Source: an uncultured Candidatus Rokubacteria bacterium (lineage in GTDB: Bacteria; Methylomirabilota; Methylomirabilia; Rokubacteriales; DASRDR01). From it: a stretch of DNA of 64,000 nt. Shown in pieces: positions 8,457 to 18,212 of the stretch (positions are counted from its first letter, which is position 1; each line of letters begins with the position of its first letter). The stretch is taken from contig CAWDVE010000025.1 of NCBI GenBank assembly GCA_963805625.1, positions 30,726 through 94,725 of the forward strand. The letters are read 5' to 3'. The notes beneath the pieces are model-generated. The model was not told where the DNA came from and searched no databases. It saw only the letters and a program-made list of their open reading frames with translations. The translations under genes were made by a program, and so were the position numbers.

Positions 8457-9590
8457 ATGACACCGGCGGCGCTTGCGGCGCGCGTCAAGGAAACCGGGCG
8501 CGGGCTCGGTTTCGACCTCGTCGCGGTCGGGCCGGCGAGCCCACCGGATCACGTGGCGGCCTTCCAGGGATGGCTCGACGCGGGCCATGCCGGAACCATG
8601 GCCTACCTCGAGCGGGGTCGGGACAAGCGGGTCGACCCTGGGCGGGTCCTGTCGGGCGCGCGGTCGGTGGTCGCGTGCGCCCTCGGATACTTTCAGGGCC
8701 CGGCGGAGGAAGGTCCATCTGGGGTGGCGCGGTACGCCTGGGGCGAGGACTACCACGCCGTCATCGAGCCCCGGCTCCGGACGCTTGCCGACACGATCCT
8801 CGAACTGGCGCCGGGGACGGTGGCGCGGGCTTACGTGGACACCGGTCCGCTCCTCGAGCGGGATCTCGCCGCACGGGCCGGCCTGGGATGGGTCGGGAAG
8901 AACACGATGCTGCTGCACCCGGACCTCGGCTCCTTCTTCTTCATCGGCGTGGTGCTGACCACGGCGGAGATCGAGCCCGATGCCCCCTTGCCAGACCGCT
9001 GCGGCAGTTGCACGCGCTGTCTGGACGCGTGCCCCACGGAGGCTTTCGTCCATCCCTACGTCCTGGACGCCCGGCGCTGCATCGCGTACCTGACGATCGA
9101 GCACCGGGGACCGATCCCGCCTGAGCTCAGGTCGGGCATCGGCAGGTGGACCTTTGGCTGCGACGTGTGCCAGGACGTCTGCCCGTGGAACCGCCGCGCC
9201 CCACTCACCGGTGAGGCGGCGTTCGGGCCGCGCCGGCATCCGCCGCTCGCCGAGCTCCTCGCTCTCGGTGAGGCGGCCTACCTCGAGGGTTTCCGCGGGA
9301 GCCCGGTCAAGCGGGCGCGGCGAGAGGGGCTTGCCCGCAATGCCGCGATCGCGCTCGGCAACGGGGGGACGGCTGGCGACGTTCCGGCGCTGCGCGAGGC
9401 GCTGGGCCACGCCGAGCCGACCGTTCGCGGCCACGCCGCCTGGGCCCTCGGCCGCATCGGCGGAGCGGCGGCGTGCCGGGCGCTCCTCGCCGCGCGGACA
9501 CAGGAGGCCGATGCCGACGTGCTCGAGGAGATCGAGCGTGCGGTTGCTGAGATGTCCCCGGCGGGCACTTCGAAGGGGGTGTCCGTATGA
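8457..9590 (+). CDS. queG: Epoxyqueuosine reductase
   Basis: ARYAWGEDYH, VDTGPLLER, CGSCTRCLDACPT, FGCDVCQDVCPWN, C-terminal HEAT repeat. Confidence 0.93.
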   Translation: MTPAALAARVKETGRGLGFDLVAVGPASPPDHVAAFQGWLDAGHAGTMAYLERGRDKRVDPGRVLSGARSVVACALGYFQGPAEEGPSGVARYAWGEDYHAVIEPRLRTLADTILELAPGTVARAYVDTGPLLERDLAARAGLGWVGKNTMLLHPDLGSFFFIGVVLTTAEIEPDAPLPDRCGSCTRCLDACPTEAFVHPYVLDARRCIAYLTIEHRGPIPPELRSGIGRWTFGCDVCQDVCPWNRRAPLTGEAAFGPRRHPPLAELLALGEAAYLEGFRGSPVKRARREGLARNAAIALGNGGTAGDVPALREALGHAEPTVRGHAAWALGRIGGAAACRALLAARTQEADADVLEEIERAVAEMSPAGTSKGVSV

Positions 9591-10183
9591 CGATCGATCC
9601 GACCCGCGACGCACTGGTCGTGGTGGATCTCCAGAACGACTTCTGCCCGGGCGGGGCGCTCGGGGTCCGGGGTGGGGACGCGATCATACCCGTCCTCAAC
9701 CGGTATCTCGAGCGATTCGGAAGGGCCGGCGCGCCCGTGTTCCTGACGCGCGACTGGCACCCACCGGTGACCCGGCACTTCCGGGCCTATGGGGGAGTCT
9801 GGCCGCCGCACTGTGTCCAGGGCACTCGGGGCGCCGAGTTCCATCCGGGTCTCACGCCGCCCGCCGGCGCGGTGGTCGTCTCCAAGGGGATGGATCCCGA
9901 GCAGGATGCCTACTCCACCTTCCAGGCGGAGGACCGATCGGGCCGGCCGTTTTCGGCTGTACTCGCGGGGCGGGGTATCCGCCGGCTCTACGTCGGCGGG
10001 CTGGCCACGGACTACTGCGTCCGCGCGAGCGCCCTCGACGCGCTGCGGGAGGGGTTCGAGGTCGTTGTTCTCACGGATGCGATCGGCGCGGTCGAGCTCG
10101 AGCCTGGGGACGGAGCCCGGGCGATCGACGAGATGCGGGGGGCGGGCACAAGATTCGCCACGGCGAATGATCTCGGGATCTGA
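9587..10183 (+). CDS. pncA: Nicotinamidase/pyrazinamidase
   Basis: VVDLQNDFCPGGAL, TRDWHP, WPPHCVQGT, GLATDYCV. Confidence 0.92.
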   Translation: MTIDPTRDALVVVDLQNDFCPGGALGVRGGDAIIPVLNRYLERFGRAGAPVFLTRDWHPPVTRHFRAYGGVWPPHCVQGTRGAEFHPGLTPPAGAVVVSKGMDPEQDAYSTFQAEDRSGRPFSAVLAGRGIRRLYVGGLATDYCVRASALDALREGFEVVVLTDAIGAVELEPGDGARAIDEMRGAGTRFATANDLGI

Positions 10184-10258
10184 CGTGCGTGCTAACATGA
10201 ACTCGAGCATGCGGAATCGATTCATTCCTCGTCGATCGGCGTCTCGGGGAAGGTCGGC

Positions 10259-10804
10259 GTGGCGATCCTGAAGGTGGCCCGGCTGGGCCATCCGGTGCTC
10301 CGGCGGGTCGCCGAGCCCGTCCCCCGGGCGGAGATCGGGCGCCCGGAGACGCAGCGTCTCATCGACGACATGATCGAGACGATGCACGAGTACATCGGTG
10401 TCGGTCTCGCGGCACCCCAGGTTCACATCTCGCGGCAGATCGCCGTCCTCGAGTGCGATGCGCACCCGCGCCACCCCGACATGGAGCGCATCCCGCTGAT
10501 GGTGATCATCAACCCGGTGTTGACGCCGGTCTCCGACGAGACGAACTCCGACTGGGAGGGCTGCCTTTCCATCCCGGATTTCCGCGGGGCCACCCCGCGG
10601 TACACGGCGATGCGGCTGGAGGCCTACGGTCGGAATGGCGAGCGCATCGATCTGGTCGCCAAGGACTTCTTCGCGCGGGTCCTCCAGCACGAGACGGACC
10701 ACCTGAACGGGAAGGTCTACCTCGACCGGATGGGCGACCTTACGACTCTCTGCCATTTGCAGGAATGGTCCCGTTACTGGCTCGATCGCGGGGAGCCGGA
10801 ATGA
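10259..10804 (+). CDS. def: Peptide deformylase
   Basis: GVGLAAPQ, EGCLSIP, QHETDHLNG. Confidence 0.95.
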   Translation: MAILKVARLGHPVLRRVAEPVPRAEIGRPETQRLIDDMIETMHEYIGVGLAAPQVHISRQIAVLECDAHPRHPDMERIPLMVIINPVLTPVSDETNSDWEGCLSIPDFRGATPRYTAMRLEAYGRNGERIDLVAKDFFARVLQHETDHLNGKVYLDRMGDLTTLCHLQEWSRYWLDRGEPE

Positions 10805-11199
10805 GCGCCGGCGATCCGGTGCGGACCGTCGTCGCCCACGTCCGGGACCTGCTGTTCTCGAGCCGGATCGCGGAGACCGCGCGACGTCTCGGATATCCAT
10901 TCCAGGCCGCTCGGTCGCTCGACGACCTGCGCGTCGCGCTGGCGGGGCGCCCGAGCCTCGTCATGCTCGACCTCACGGCCTCTGGCCTCGATATGGACGC
11001 CGCTCTCCGGGAGATCGAGGCCGCGGGGCGTCCGGCGCCCGTGCTCGGCTGGACGACCCACGCTCTCTGGAAGACGACCAAGCCCCTCCACGAGCGATGC
11101 GACCGCGTGGTGACCCGCGAGACGCTGACCGGCGAGCTGCCGGAGCTGCTGCGGGGGTACGTGGAGACAGGGAGCGCACCGGGCGCGGGTACACCGTGA
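10801..11199 (+). CDS. Atypical receiver-like (CheY-fold) protein
   Basis: VVAHVRDLLFSSRI..PSLVMLDL..PVLGW pattern; coupled to the def stop. Confidence 0.6.
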   Translation: MSAGDPVRTVVAHVRDLLFSSRIAETARRLGYPFQAARSLDDLRVALAGRPSLVMLDLTASGLDMDAALREIEAAGRPAPVLGWTTHALWKTTKPLHERCDRVVTRETLTGELPELLRGYVETGSAPGAGTP

Positions 11200-11213
11200 C
11201 GGGAGGGGCGGGC

Positions 11214-11873
11214 ATGGACGCGGAATCCTTCGTCCGGGATCTGGATGCGAAGAACCAGGAGCTGCTGCGGCGTCTCGCTCCCGAGTCGACGCTGAAGCCC
11301 GAGGTCGAGGGTGACCTCACCGTGGTGAACCTGCTCAAGGTCGCGCTGAAGAACGAGATCGAGGCGACCGAGAGCGCGGCGCGCTGGCTGACGACGACGC
11401 CCGAGATCGACGTCAAGCTGGCGCTCGCCCGCCAGGTCGGGGACGAGGCCAAGCACTACCGGTTGATCGCCGATCGGCTGCAGGAGCTGGGTTTCGATGC
11501 CCATGGATTCGACCCGCTCGCGAAGGGCTACGGGTCCCTGTTCCAGTATCTCGACGGACTCCGGACCACGGTGGAGCGCGTGGCAGCCGGGCAGTTCACC
11601 CGGGAGGCCATCGCGGTGGTGAAGAACCGGCAGTTCATCGAGTTCTGCGAGACCGCGCGCGACGAGGCGACGGCACGGCTTTACCGAGACATCATCGAAC
11701 CCGACGAGCGTCACCATCACGAGCTAGGTCGGCGCCTCTTGCTGCGTTACGCGACGACGCCGGAGACGCAGGAGGCGGCGCGGCGCGCCGCGACGCGAAC
11801 GCTCGAGCTGGCCGAGGAGCTGCAAGGCGCGGCACTCCGGACCGGAGGCATCCACCACGCCCCCGGCTGCTGA
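11214..11873 (+). CDS. Ferritin-like diiron-carboxylate protein
   Basis: NEIEA..DEAKH..REAIA..DERHH ligand spacing. Confidence 0.8.
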   Translation: MDAESFVRDLDAKNQELLRRLAPESTLKPEVEGDLTVVNLLKVALKNEIEATESAARWLTTTPEIDVKLALARQVGDEAKHYRLIADRLQELGFDAHGFDPLAKGYGSLFQYLDGLRTTVERVAAGQFTREAIAVVKNRQFIEFCETARDEATARLYRDIIEPDERHHHELGRRLLLRYATTPETQEAARRAATRTLELAEELQGAALRTGGIHHAPGC

Positions 11874-11901
11874 CCGACGCCGAACGAGGGAGGTGCGAAG
11901 G

Positions 11902-12570
11902 ATGATCCAGAGGCGTTTCAAGGGATCCGGGGCGCTGGCTGCCGTGACGATGGCCATCGCGATGATCGCGCTGGGCGGGTGCGGGAAGAAACCGCTGCCG
12001 CCCCTGTCGGCGATCGTCGACGCCCCGTACATCAGACCTGGCTCCTCTTGGACCTACAAGGTCGAGGACTCGGCCTGGAACGCGCCCCAGATGGTCACGC
12101 TCACGTTCATGAAAGACGACGTGTACAAGAACGCCGGCGTCCTGGCCTTCGCTGCCGGGAACGAGACCATCCTGTACGACCGCGACCTGAACTTCGTGGC
12201 GGTCGCCTCTGACGGGCGGATCCTCCGCGAGGCCTCGCCGTCGCTCCGGTCGTACGACTTCCCGTTCCACGTGGGCAAGGAGTGGCGCTCGGTGTTCACG
12301 TTCCAGGACAACCAGAAGGGGCTGTCGTGGACCCCGGTCGAGGTGTTCTGGCGCGTCAAGGAGTACGACGAGATCAGTGTGCCGGCCGGCAAGTTCCGCG
12401 CCTTCCTCATCGAGAGCGAACCCAGCACGAACTGGGGAATCCGCAAGGAGCAGGTCTGGTATGCTCCCCAGGTGAAGCAGCTGGTGAAACGGGTGAGGGA
12501 GCGGACCTCGGCGCACTACGAGGGGAAGGGCAAGGATACCTGGGAGCTCGTGCAGTACACGCTGAAGTAG
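11902..12570 (+). CDS. Lipoprotein (DUF3108-like 'VPAGxF..WYAP' family)
   Basis: Lipobox LGGC; ISVPAGKFRAF..QVWYAPQV. Confidence 0.7.
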   Translation: MIQRRFKGSGALAAVTMAIAMIALGGCGKKPLPPLSAIVDAPYIRPGSSWTYKVEDSAWNAPQMVTLTFMKDDVYKNAGVLAFAAGNETILYDRDLNFVAVASDGRILREASPSLRSYDFPFHVGKEWRSVFTFQDNQKGLSWTPVEVFWRVKEYDEISVPAGKFRAFLIESEPSTNWGIRKEQVWYAPQVKQLVKRVRERTSAHYEGKGKDTWELVQYTLK

Positions 12571-12586
12571 GCTCGGAGGGGCGATC

Positions 12587-13537
12587 ATGACGGTGGTGAC
12601 GCAGCGACCGACGTATGCCGCGGTGCCGGGGTGGGGGAAGCTTCCCGACGGCTGGAGCTTTGTGGAGGCGACGGCCGTCGGCGTCGACTCGAAGGACAAC
12701 GTCTACGTCTACAATCGCGGGGCCCACCCCGTGATCATCTTCGACCGGCAGGGCAAGTTCCTCCGCTCGTGGGGCGAGGGGATGACCAGCCGGGCCCACG
12801 GCATCACGATCGGTCCGGACGACACCGTCTGGCTGACCGACGACGGCAACCACACGATCCGGCAGTACACCGCCGACGGGAAGCTCCTCCTGTCGATCGG
12901 CGATCCCGACAAGCCGTCGCCGCCCCACAGCGGGAAGCCATTCAACCGGCCCACCCACGTCGCGCTCTCGCCGCAGACCGGGGACGTCTACATCTCGGAC
13001 GGGTACGGGAACTCCCGCGTGCACAAGTACGATCCGAAGGGCCGGCTGCTCTTCTCGTGGGGCGAGCCGGGCACCGATCCGGGGTGCTTCAACATTCCGC
13101 ACAACATCGCCACGGACTCCGAGGGCCTCGTGTACGTGGCGGACCGGGAGAACCATCGCGTCCAGGTGTTCGACGGGAAGGGGCACTACCAGTACCAGAT
13201 CAACAACCTGCACCGGGCCTGCGCGCTCTACATCGACCGCGCGAACGGCGGGCGGATCTTCGTCGGCGAGCTACCCTCGCACCTCCCGGTCAACGCGGCG
13301 GTGCCGAACATCGGGGCCCGGGTGAGCGTGCTCACCCTCAAGGGCGATCTTCTCGCGCGAGTGGGCGGGAAGTTCTGGGGCGAGGGGCCGGGCGAGTTCA
13401 TCGCCCCGCACGGCGTCGTCATGGATTCGCATGGGGATTTCTACGTCGCCGAGGTCGCGTTCACGGCCAAGGGCCGCCACGAGACCCCGCCACGGGAGAT
13501 CCGAAGCCTCCAGAAGTTCGCGCTCGCCCGCGGCTAG
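12587..13537 (+). CDS. NHL-repeat protein, peptidyl-alpha-hydroxyglycine lyase-like
   Basis: FNRPTHVA, YISDGYGNSRVHKY, FNIPHNIA, VYVADRENHRVQVFD. Confidence 0.88.
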   Translation: MTVVTQRPTYAAVPGWGKLPDGWSFVEATAVGVDSKDNVYVYNRGAHPVIIFDRQGKFLRSWGEGMTSRAHGITIGPDDTVWLTDDGNHTIRQYTADGKLLLSIGDPDKPSPPHSGKPFNRPTHVALSPQTGDVYISDGYGNSRVHKYDPKGRLLFSWGEPGTDPGCFNIPHNIATDSEGLVYVADRENHRVQVFDGKGHYQYQINNLHRACALYIDRANGGRIFVGELPSHLPVNAAVPNIGARVSVLTLKGDLLARVGGKFWGEGPGEFIAPHGVVMDSHGDFYVAEVAFTAKGRHETPPREIRSLQKFALARG

Positions 13538-13593
13538 ACCGCACCGCATCCTCGTTTCTCGCCGGCCGCTCGTCCGGCCGGCGGGAGACCGTG

Positions 13594-13962
13594 CTATCGC
13601 CCGAGTTCCTCGAGGAGCGCGTCCGCTGCCCGACGGACCTGCGTCGCGAGATCCGGCTCGCTCGCGGCGTCCAGTCGGTCGGCCACGGCCAGGACGTGCT
13701 CGAGGTCACCCGCATCCTGGGCATGATGGAAGGCCAAGAGGTACGCCTTCCCGGCTGTCAGGGGCTGGCCGTCCAGAGTGCCCGTTAACTGACCGGCTGC
13801 CAGCTCGTCCCCCGTCCGGACCACCGTCGTCCAGACCTCCGCCATCTGTCCTTCCCGGCGCGGCGCCCTCGCCGTAACGCTGAGCCCGATCGCTATCGTG
13901 AGCGCCGCCACGACGAGCCACCCCGGCCTTCGGGCCGCGAACCCTGATCCACGGTCCGCCAT
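13594..13962 (-). CDS. Hypothetical exported or membrane-anchored protein
   Basis: GAAGGAGG RBS; N-terminal hydrophobic stretch; sigma54-type promoter upstream. Confidence 0.55.
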   Translation of the reverse strand: MADRGSGFAARRPGWLVVAALTIAIGLSVTARAPRREGQMAEVWTTVVRTGDELAAGQLTGTLDGQPLTAGKAYLLAFHHAQDAGDLEHVLAVADRLDAASEPDLATQVRRAADALLEELGR

Positions 13963-14008
13963 GCGCCATGCCCTCCTTCGTGGGTCGAGCCCCACGCGTG
14001 ACGAGGAG

Positions 14009-14024
14009 AGCAAAGGCAATGCCT
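14009..14024 (-). promoter_or_regulatory. Putative sigma54 (-24/-12) promoter
   Basis: AGGCATTGCCTTTGCT = GG-N10-GC with TTGC. Confidence 0.55.
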
Positions 14025-14624
14025 GAGGCCAGGTCGTGTAACTGAGCGCGAGACAAGGCCGATCCAGCACCGACCCGTAGCGGCGATAGTACGGGGTCGG
14101 CCTTTTCGGATACAGGATGAGTGAGCGAGAGGCGGTCCGCCCAGGTCCATGAATGGGCGGCGCCTTCCGCGCGAGCGACGAATCATGACCGGTCCATGCA
14201 CTCTTCTCAAAATCCAAAATCACGTTGCGCATCGTCGCTGCGGTCTCGATCCGAAGGGGATTCCACCTGTCTCGGCTGAGGCTGTCTCGGCCAGCGTAGT
14301 GGCCGGCGGGCGGGCCGCCGGACCGCAATCGCGGGTCCGTCCGCCACTGCGCCGAGAGGGCTGCGGCGACGAGCCGCGACTCCACCCCCAGCGGGGGCCT
14401 TCCGCTGCGCTGGCCGGGATCGGTCGGAAGGTTGCCGGGAGAGCCCACGCCTTGACGCCGTCGACGGGCAGGGCGTAGCGTCCAAAGTAGACGGCCGTCC
14501 GCGGACCGTCCGGACCGGAGGCTCTCATGGGCCTGGGATTGGCCGGACAACCGACTGGCGCCCTCGTTGTCCGTGGTTACGACCACGGAACGACGAGGGC
14601 CTTCGTGTCTTCAGGGGGGACGTC

Positions 14625-15152
14625 ATGATCGATCAGGCCGAGACGACGACTCTCGGTTCGGGACAGCCGGAAGCCGGCACGGGGGATAGGCTCTACCAGG
14701 AGGGGTTCGTGGCGGGAGTCATCGGCGCCGCCACGATCGCCGTGTGGTTCCTCATCCTCGACAGCCTCGCCGGGCAACCCCTCCGGACGCCGTCGATCCT
14801 GGGCACCGCGATCTTCCGCAATGGTGCCGGAACGGCGGCGACGGAAGTCGCGTCCGTCTCGCTCGAGATGGTGGTCCTGTACACGTGGGTCCACGGGCTC
14901 GTGTTCTGCGTCATCGGCGGTATCGCCGCGCGGCTCCTCTCGGTGGCCGAGCGACGGCCGAACGCGGGCTTCGGGATCCTCCTGCTGTTCGTCGTCTTCG
15001 AGTTCGGGTTCCTCGTGCTCACGCTCCTGTTCGCGGAGCCGGTCCTGCACGCCCTGACCTGGCTCGCGATCCTGGTGGGGAACCTGCTCGCCGCGGCTGC
15101 GATGGGCGCCTACTTCTGGCGCCGCCACCCGGATCTCCAGATCTCTCCCTGA
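14625..15152 (+). CDS. Hypothetical 4-TM membrane protein
   Basis: Four hydrophobic segments; G-rich RBS; GC3-rich codons. Confidence 0.75.
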   Translation: MIDQAETTTLGSGQPEAGTGDRLYQEGFVAGVIGAATIAVWFLILDSLAGQPLRTPSILGTAIFRNGAGTAATEVASVSLEMVVLYTWVHGLVFCVIGGIAARLLSVAERRPNAGFGILLLFVVFEFGFLVLTLLFAEPVLHALTWLAILVGNLLAAAAMGAYFWRRHPDLQISP

Positions 15153-16140
15153 GTCCGGCCACGACGGTCGCGTCCGCTGGCGGCATCGGGAGAGACTGGA
15201 GCTCGTCGGGTGTCACCCAACGATAAGGCTGGCCCTCGCGGGATCTGATGCGCCCATCGGTGAGCTGGCACCGGAAGAAGTGGAGAAGAACGCGCCGATC
15301 CGGATATGTCCACGGGACGACGGCCGTCCGCGCGCCCACCCGGACTCGGACCCCCAGCTCCTCGTCGAGCTCGCGGGCCAGGCACGCCTCGAGCGACTCG
15401 CCGAACTCGCGCTTCCCTCCGGGGAACTCCCAGAGCCCCCCGAGATGTTTCGCCGGGTCGCGCTGCGTCACGAGGAGGCGTCCAGCGCGCTCGACGACCG
15501 CCGCGGTCACCTCCATCACGGGGAAGCCGGCGCGTGCGGCCAGCTCTCCGAAGAGTGCGAGGAGCGAGGCGCGGTAGGTGGGCCACGCACCGGGGTGTCG
15601 GCTCGCGTTCGCTGGATGGAGGAGGACCACCACCTCCCGCCCGCCCGCTCGGTAGCGCCGCCCGTGGTCATCCGGAAGACGCACGGGCTGATCCAGCACC
15701 GCGCGCGCGGCGACGGCGCCCACGGCCACCACGACCTCCGGGCGGAGCGCCTCGAGCTCGGCGGCGAGGAACGGCTGGCATCGTCGAGCCTCGCTCGCGA
15801 GCGGGCTGCGGTTTCCCCGGCTGCTGCTCCGGCGCGTCCCGATCGCGGGCCAGCACTTGACGGCGTTGGTCAGATAGAAGAGGTCCTCGAGGTCGAGCCC
15901 GAGACGCCGGATCTCGCGGCGCAGAAGCATCCCGCCGGCGCCGGTCCACTGTCGGCCGTTCTCGATGCTGGCGATTCCCGGAGCCTCGCCGACGAGGGCG
16001 AACCGAGCGTCGCGCCGACCGAGGGCGCCCGCCGGGAACTTCCGCCAGCCGCGCATCGTCGGGCACGCGCGGCACGCGGCGACCCGGCGGAGCGCTCGCG
16101 GGAGCGAGGGTGGCGGCGGCGACGCCTTTCGCCGCGTCAG
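15019..16140 (-). CDS. Fusion of a family-4-like uracil-DNA glycosylase (4Fe-4S) and a MutT-type Nudix hydrolase
   Basis: CRAC..GEAPG..TNAVKC..RC..LHPA, then WEFPGGKREFGESLEACLARELDEELG. Start uncertain (CTG at 16140). Confidence 0.78.
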   Translation of the reverse strand: MTRRKASPPPPSLPRALRRVAACRACPTMRGWRKFPAGALGRRDARFALVGEAPGIASIENGRQWTGAGGMLLRREIRRLGLDLEDLFYLTNAVKCWPAIGTRRSSSRGNRSPLASEARRCQPFLAAELEALRPEVVVAVGAVAARAVLDQPVRLPDDHGRRYRAGGREVVVLLHPANASRHPGAWPTYRASLLALFGELAARAGFPVMEVTAAVVERAGRLLVTQRDPAKHLGGLWEFPGGKREFGESLEACLARELDEELGVRVRVGARTAVVPWTYPDRRVLLHFFRCQLTDGRIRSREGQPYRWVTPDELQSLPMPPADATVVAGLRERSGDPGGGARSRRPSQPRRAGSPPGSRARSGRAGPAPRTGA

Positions 16141-16829
16141 CTGGCGTCCCAGGGGTACGCGCGGCAGAAGCGCCGCATCGGGCAGGGGAGGCAGAGGGGC
16201 TTCCTCGCGGTGCACCAGGTCGCCCCGAAGTCCATGAGGGCCTGGTTGAAGTCGTACACGCGCACCCGCGGGAGGATCCGCTCGGCCAGCGCCCACAGAG
16301 CCGCCGTCGCAACGCGGCGGCCGTCCTCGCCGTGGAAGACGCGGCCGAGGACGCGCCGGACGTTGGTGTCGAGGATGGGGGCGCGCGCCCCGTAAGCGAA
16401 CGACCTCACCGCTCCCGCCGTGTACCGTCCGATTCCCTTCATCGCGCGGAGGGCCTTGTCGTCGACCGGGAGGCGGCCACCGTAGCGCGCGACCGTCTCT
16501 TGCGCGATGCCGTGGAGGTGCACCGGTCGGATGTTGTACCCGAGGGGGTACCATGTGCGCATGACGTCGGCGACGTCCGCCGTGGCGAGCGCCTCGAGCG
16601 TCGGGTAGCGGCCGAGGAACTCCTGGTACTTCGGAATGACGCGGTCCACCTGTGTCTGCTGGAGCATGATTTCCGAGACCAGCACGTGGTAGGGGTCGCG
16701 TGTCCGGCGCCAGGGCAGGTCGCGCTGGTGGCGGGCGTACCAGCGCAGGAGGCCCCCACGGAAGCGCCGGACCGCCCGGGTGTCGGGGGTCGCTGGGGCC
16801 GGGCGCCGGCCGGGGGGCTTTCGTGGCAC
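16137..16829 (-). CDS. mutY: A/G-specific adenine glycosylase, short form without the C-terminal domain
   Basis: RDLPWRRTRDPYHVLVSEIMLQQTQV, GIGRYTA, LDTNV, CTARKPLCLPCPMRRFC; TATAAT 7 nt before GTG. Confidence 0.9.
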   Translation of the reverse strand: MPRKPPGRRPAPATPDTRAVRRFRGGLLRWYARHQRDLPWRRTRDPYHVLVSEIMLQQTQVDRVIPKYQEFLGRYPTLEALATADVADVMRTWYPLGYNIRPVHLHGIAQETVARYGGRLPVDDKALRAMKGIGRYTAGAVRSFAYGARAPILDTNVRRVLGRVFHGEDGRRVATAALWALAERILPRVRVYDFNQALMDFGATWCTARKPLCLPCPMRRFCRAYPWDAS

Positions 16830-17126
16830 GAGGCCGATTATATCGAGCGGCCCGGTCCCGGGGACCGAGCGAGGGAGAGTGTGACGCCGGCGCGACAGCC
16901 GGGCTCGCGCGGATCTTCCGGAGGACCCATCTCGCAGTAGTGACGCGCGCCCCAGCCTGACGGCGAACGCTCCCACCTCCGGGCCGGCCGCGTCCCGCAT
17001 GGCGGCATGATCGGGCTTCGCTCGTCCTCGGGCAAGCGCTGGTGTCGAGGCGCACATCTTCCGGCGGCGGTTCCGGCGGTACAGCGCGGGGGCCGGTATA
17101 ATGCAGGCGCAGCGGATGAGCGAAAC

Positions 17127-18212
17127 ATGAGCGAGCGACTCCCCCTCCATGATGTCCACGAGCGCCTCGGCGCGCGCTGCGTCGCGGTCGACGGGCTTCT
17201 TGTTCCGCGCGACTACGGGGATCCGACCGCCGAACACAAGGCCGTGCGCGAGCGGGCGGGCCTGATCGACCGCTCCGAGCGCGGGAAGATCGAGGTCACC
17301 GGGAAGGACCGCGCGACCTTCCTCCATGGGCTCGTCTCGAGCGACGTCAAGGGTCTCGCTCCCGGACAGGGCTGCGAGACGGCCCTCCTCGACGTCCACG
17401 GGAAGGTGACTGCGCTCCTCGCGGTCCACTGCCTGTCCGACCGCCTCGTGCTCGAGACGGACCGCCAGCTGGCCGGGCCGCTCCTGGCTGCGATCGACCG
17501 CTATCTCTTCTCCGAGCGGGTCGAGCTAGAGGACGTGACGCCCGCGTGGGGGATCCTCACCGCAGCGGGTCCGACCGCCCGCAAGACCGTGGAGCAGGCA
17601 GTCGGCGCGGCCCTCCCCGACCTCTCCCGCTGGCAGCACGTGGTCATGCCCTGGGAGGGGATGGAGATCCGCGTCGTCCGAACGGACGAGACCGGGGAGG
17701 AAGGCTACGACCTCTGGGCGTCCACGGGTGGGCTTGAACAGCTCTGGGAGCGGCTCCGGGAGTCGGGCGCCCGCCCGGTCGGGCGCGCGGCGTGGGATGT
17801 GCTGCGGGTGGAGGCGGGGGTCGTCCGCTACGGCGTGGACGTTGACGCGGCGACGCTCCTCCTGGAAGCGCCCCTTCCCGAGTCCTACTCCCTCAACAAG
17901 GGCTGCTATCTCGGCCAGGAGGTCATCGCGCGGATCACCTACCGGGGCCACGTGAACCGGAAGATCGTGGGCTTCCGCTTCGCGGGGGCGCGGCTGCCGC
18001 CCGCCGGGGCGCCGGTCCTGGTCGAGGGGAAAGAAGTCGGGCGGATCACGAGCGCCGTCCTCTCGCCAGCCCTCGGGATCGGGCTGGCCCTCGGGTTCGT
18101 GCGCAGGGAGCACCACGAGCCCGGGACGCGGGTCGAGGTGCAGGATGGAGGCGAGTTGCTCTCGGCCGAGGTCGCGGCGCTGCCGTTCTACCGGCGGACC
18201 GCGTCGGCGTGA
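17127..18212 (+). CDS. Folate-binding YgfZ/GcvT-family protein
   Basis: [12 protein letters not shown] (YgfZ signature); GcvT-like N- and C-termini. Confidence 0.88.
   Translation: MSERLPLHDVHERLGARCVAVDGLLVPRDYGDPTAEHKAVRERAGLIDRSERGKIEVTGKDRATFLHGLVSSDVKGLAPGQGCETALLDVHGKVTALLAVHCLSDRLVLETDRQLAGPLLAAIDRYLFSERVELEDVTPAWGILTAAGPTARKTVEQAVGAALPDLSRWQHVVMPWEGMEIRVVRTDETGEEGYDLWASTGGLEQLWERLRESGARPVGRAAWDVLRVEAGVVRYGVDVDAATLLLEAPLPESYSLNKGCYLGQEVIARITYRGHVNRKIVGFRFAGARLPPAGAPVLVEGKEVGRITSAVLSPALGIGLALGFVRREHHEPGTRVEVQDGGELLSAEVAALPFYRRTASA

Noticed and set aside
11865-11873. GC-TGA end of the ferritin-like gene as a C-U selenocysteine motif
   Set aside because: No convincing SECIS hairpin follows, and the RBS of the next gene lies immediately downstream.
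14030-14620. Short ORFs in the long intergenic gap
   Set aside because: No recognisable motif, RBS or consistent codon bias.
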